Below the pieces are notes generated by a model. The model made no database searches. It was not told the DNA's origin and saw nothing but the letters and a program-made list of their open reading frames with translations. A stretch of DNA of 64,000 nt, taken from positions 14,570,001-14,634,000 of the forward strand of contig CM097886.1 of the NCBI GenBank assembly GCA_044892525.1, given 5' to 3'. Numbering within the stretch: position 1 is the first letter of the stretch; every line of letters starts with the position of its first letter. Positions 62,310 through 64,000 of this stretch are shown in pieces. A program made the translations under genes and the position numbers. The DNA comes from Schmidtea polychroa (Eukaryota).

Positions 62310-63975
62310 TGTTGGTTACTTAGGGGTGTGCCCTTTTTACAATTTAAAATACGTTAGGGGTAATCATAATCGTTCGACTCTTTCCTAAGCACCTCCATGA
62401 CTATTGCAATTTAAACCATTTGTGTACCCATGGCGACGACCATGTTGGTACTGTACACAAAGGTGAAAAAACAATGAGCAGGTGAGCTCTATTACTAAAA
62501 CTACTCCCCATTGGATTTTCTTTTCGGGTTCTAGACTGCCGATAGAAGGTCTTACGTCCTTATCCACTATATATGCTATTTTTGGATTGATGTTGGTCCT
62601 CAATTACGGGTATTTTTAATTGTTCTCTTATAAAATTTTGTGCAGGGATCCGTCCTTATTTCCCAGCTAGTAATTATTGTTCTACACTTCCTACAATATT
62701 TAAATTATCCTTTGAAAAATTTGCGCAGGGATTGGCCCTTATTTTCAAGTTAATCCACACTTGCCATGATATTTAAATTGTTCTTCAAAGATTTTGAGCA
62801 GGGATCTGCCTGTGTTTCTAATCCTGAGCTGTCGGAAAAATTACATAAATCTAACTTTATCCATCTTCAACTGGTCTCAACTATTCCATCTTTACTCCTA
62901 ACTCACTTATGTCTATAAAACATAAAGGTGACTAAGCCACCTACATTATCTAAATCTAAATAAAATCCTAAACGACCTAAAATGACATTACACTCCCAAA
63001 TCATTCCTATCACTATCACTGTCCTCTAACTCGATGGACTCAACCGGCGAAATATCTGCCGACCAACAGCACGTAGTGCCGCCCGTCCACAAACTTTTCC
63101 CCAGCCCAGACCATCGACACAATCAACAAATAATATAATTGAATTCAATAAAACTATGAATTAGAATAAATGAATTTAAACCATTAAAAAGGATCACAAA
63201 AAAAAATTGAACCGAGACATTTATTAATTAAATTTATTAATTAAAATACTTCATAAAAATTACAGAAAACAATAACAAATAAATTACCACATCCACGTTG
63301 GCATAAAATCGAAACTGAGAGTTCTCCAAATTAAGTGGCTATGTTGAAAAAAGAGAGAGAGAGAGAGAGTGAGTTTTTCAATTGAATTTGTGATCAGTAT
63401 TTATACTGATTTTGAATGCGTACTCTATCCAATCAGAGTGCGAGAATTATTGAATTGATTTTGCACACATGCATGAATGTGTGTAATTATTTATTTGTTT
63501 TAATTTCATAAATTTAATTAATTTCTTATTTAATTTTTATTAATTTTAATTTTACAAATTTTATAATTTAACTAATTTGAGTTATATTAATTTTTATTAA
63601 TTTAAACATTTTTATTCTTTAAATTTAATAAGTTAAATAACCATTTAATTCTATAAACTTTACAATTTACATAATGCTAATTAATTTTATTATTTTTGAC
63701 GATTTAATTTTTATATTATTTAAATAATTTTCAACTAATTCCATTTTCTATTTTATTATTTTTCTATTTAAATTTTTAAGTGTTGAATTTTCTGTTAAAT
63801 TTATTTATCTCTTTATTCTATTATACGGGGTTTATTGATTCTTAATGTGTAATGTAGTTTATTTTATTTATTTTAAATTAAACCTTGGTCATAAATTTTT
63901 TCAACTTTGCGGTTTTTGTGTTAGGTATTTTCGATCGATTAAAACAAACTCTCAGTTCTCGTTTTCAACCCAACA
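62310..63975 (-). repeat. 5' LTR (1,666 bp) with CCAAT, TATA and AATAAA
   Basis: Minus-strand TATAAATA at ~63,410, CCAAT element at ~63,430, AATAAA at ~63,230. Confidence 0.95.
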
Positions 63976-64000
63976 AAATTGATGGAATTATTTAGTGATT

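Larger units (their letters stand above)
48645..63975 (-). mobile_element. 15.3-kb LTR retroelement, non-autonomous, TSD AAAT
   Basis: LTRs at 48,645-50,304 and 62,310-63,975; AAAT at 48,641-48,644 and 63,976-63,979; PBS; decayed gag/protease relics on the minus strand. Confidence 0.92.

Overview
This is strongly AT-rich, transposon-saturated eukaryotic DNA. The element repertoire and a short GT-AG intron suggest an invertebrate animal or similar compact parasite, but that is inference. Main contents: (1) A decayed Polinton/Maverick (adintovirus-like) element at ~4.8-10.6 kb, with adenain-like protease, A32/FtsK-like ATPase, rve integrase, a zinc-finger/parvovirus-type PLA2 gene and a major capsid gene; no pPolB is seen in the window. 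(2) A 1.6-kb composite hAT element at 37,038-38,634 that carries a captured piece of that Polinton (capsid C-terminus plus PLA2) inside one 8-bp TSD. (3) A 15.3-kb LTR element at 48,645-63,975 with near-identical 1.66-kb LTRs, a 4-bp TSD, a tRNA-Pro PBS and a decayed interior. (4) Four solo LTRs with perfect 4-bp TSDs. (5) Several Ty3/Gypsy, hAT, pogo, Merlin and piggyBac relics and MITEs. (6) One probable intact host gene that the ORF track only partly captures: a spliced 173-aa secreted precursor with KR processing sites (17,898-18,477, minus strand). (7) An intronless coiled-coil plus ubiquitin-like (di-Gly) ORF at 24.4-25.1 kb. There is a 168-N assembly gap at 20,887-21,054. No rRNA, intact tRNA or CRISPR array was found. 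All family assignments come from motif recognition by eye, without database searches.
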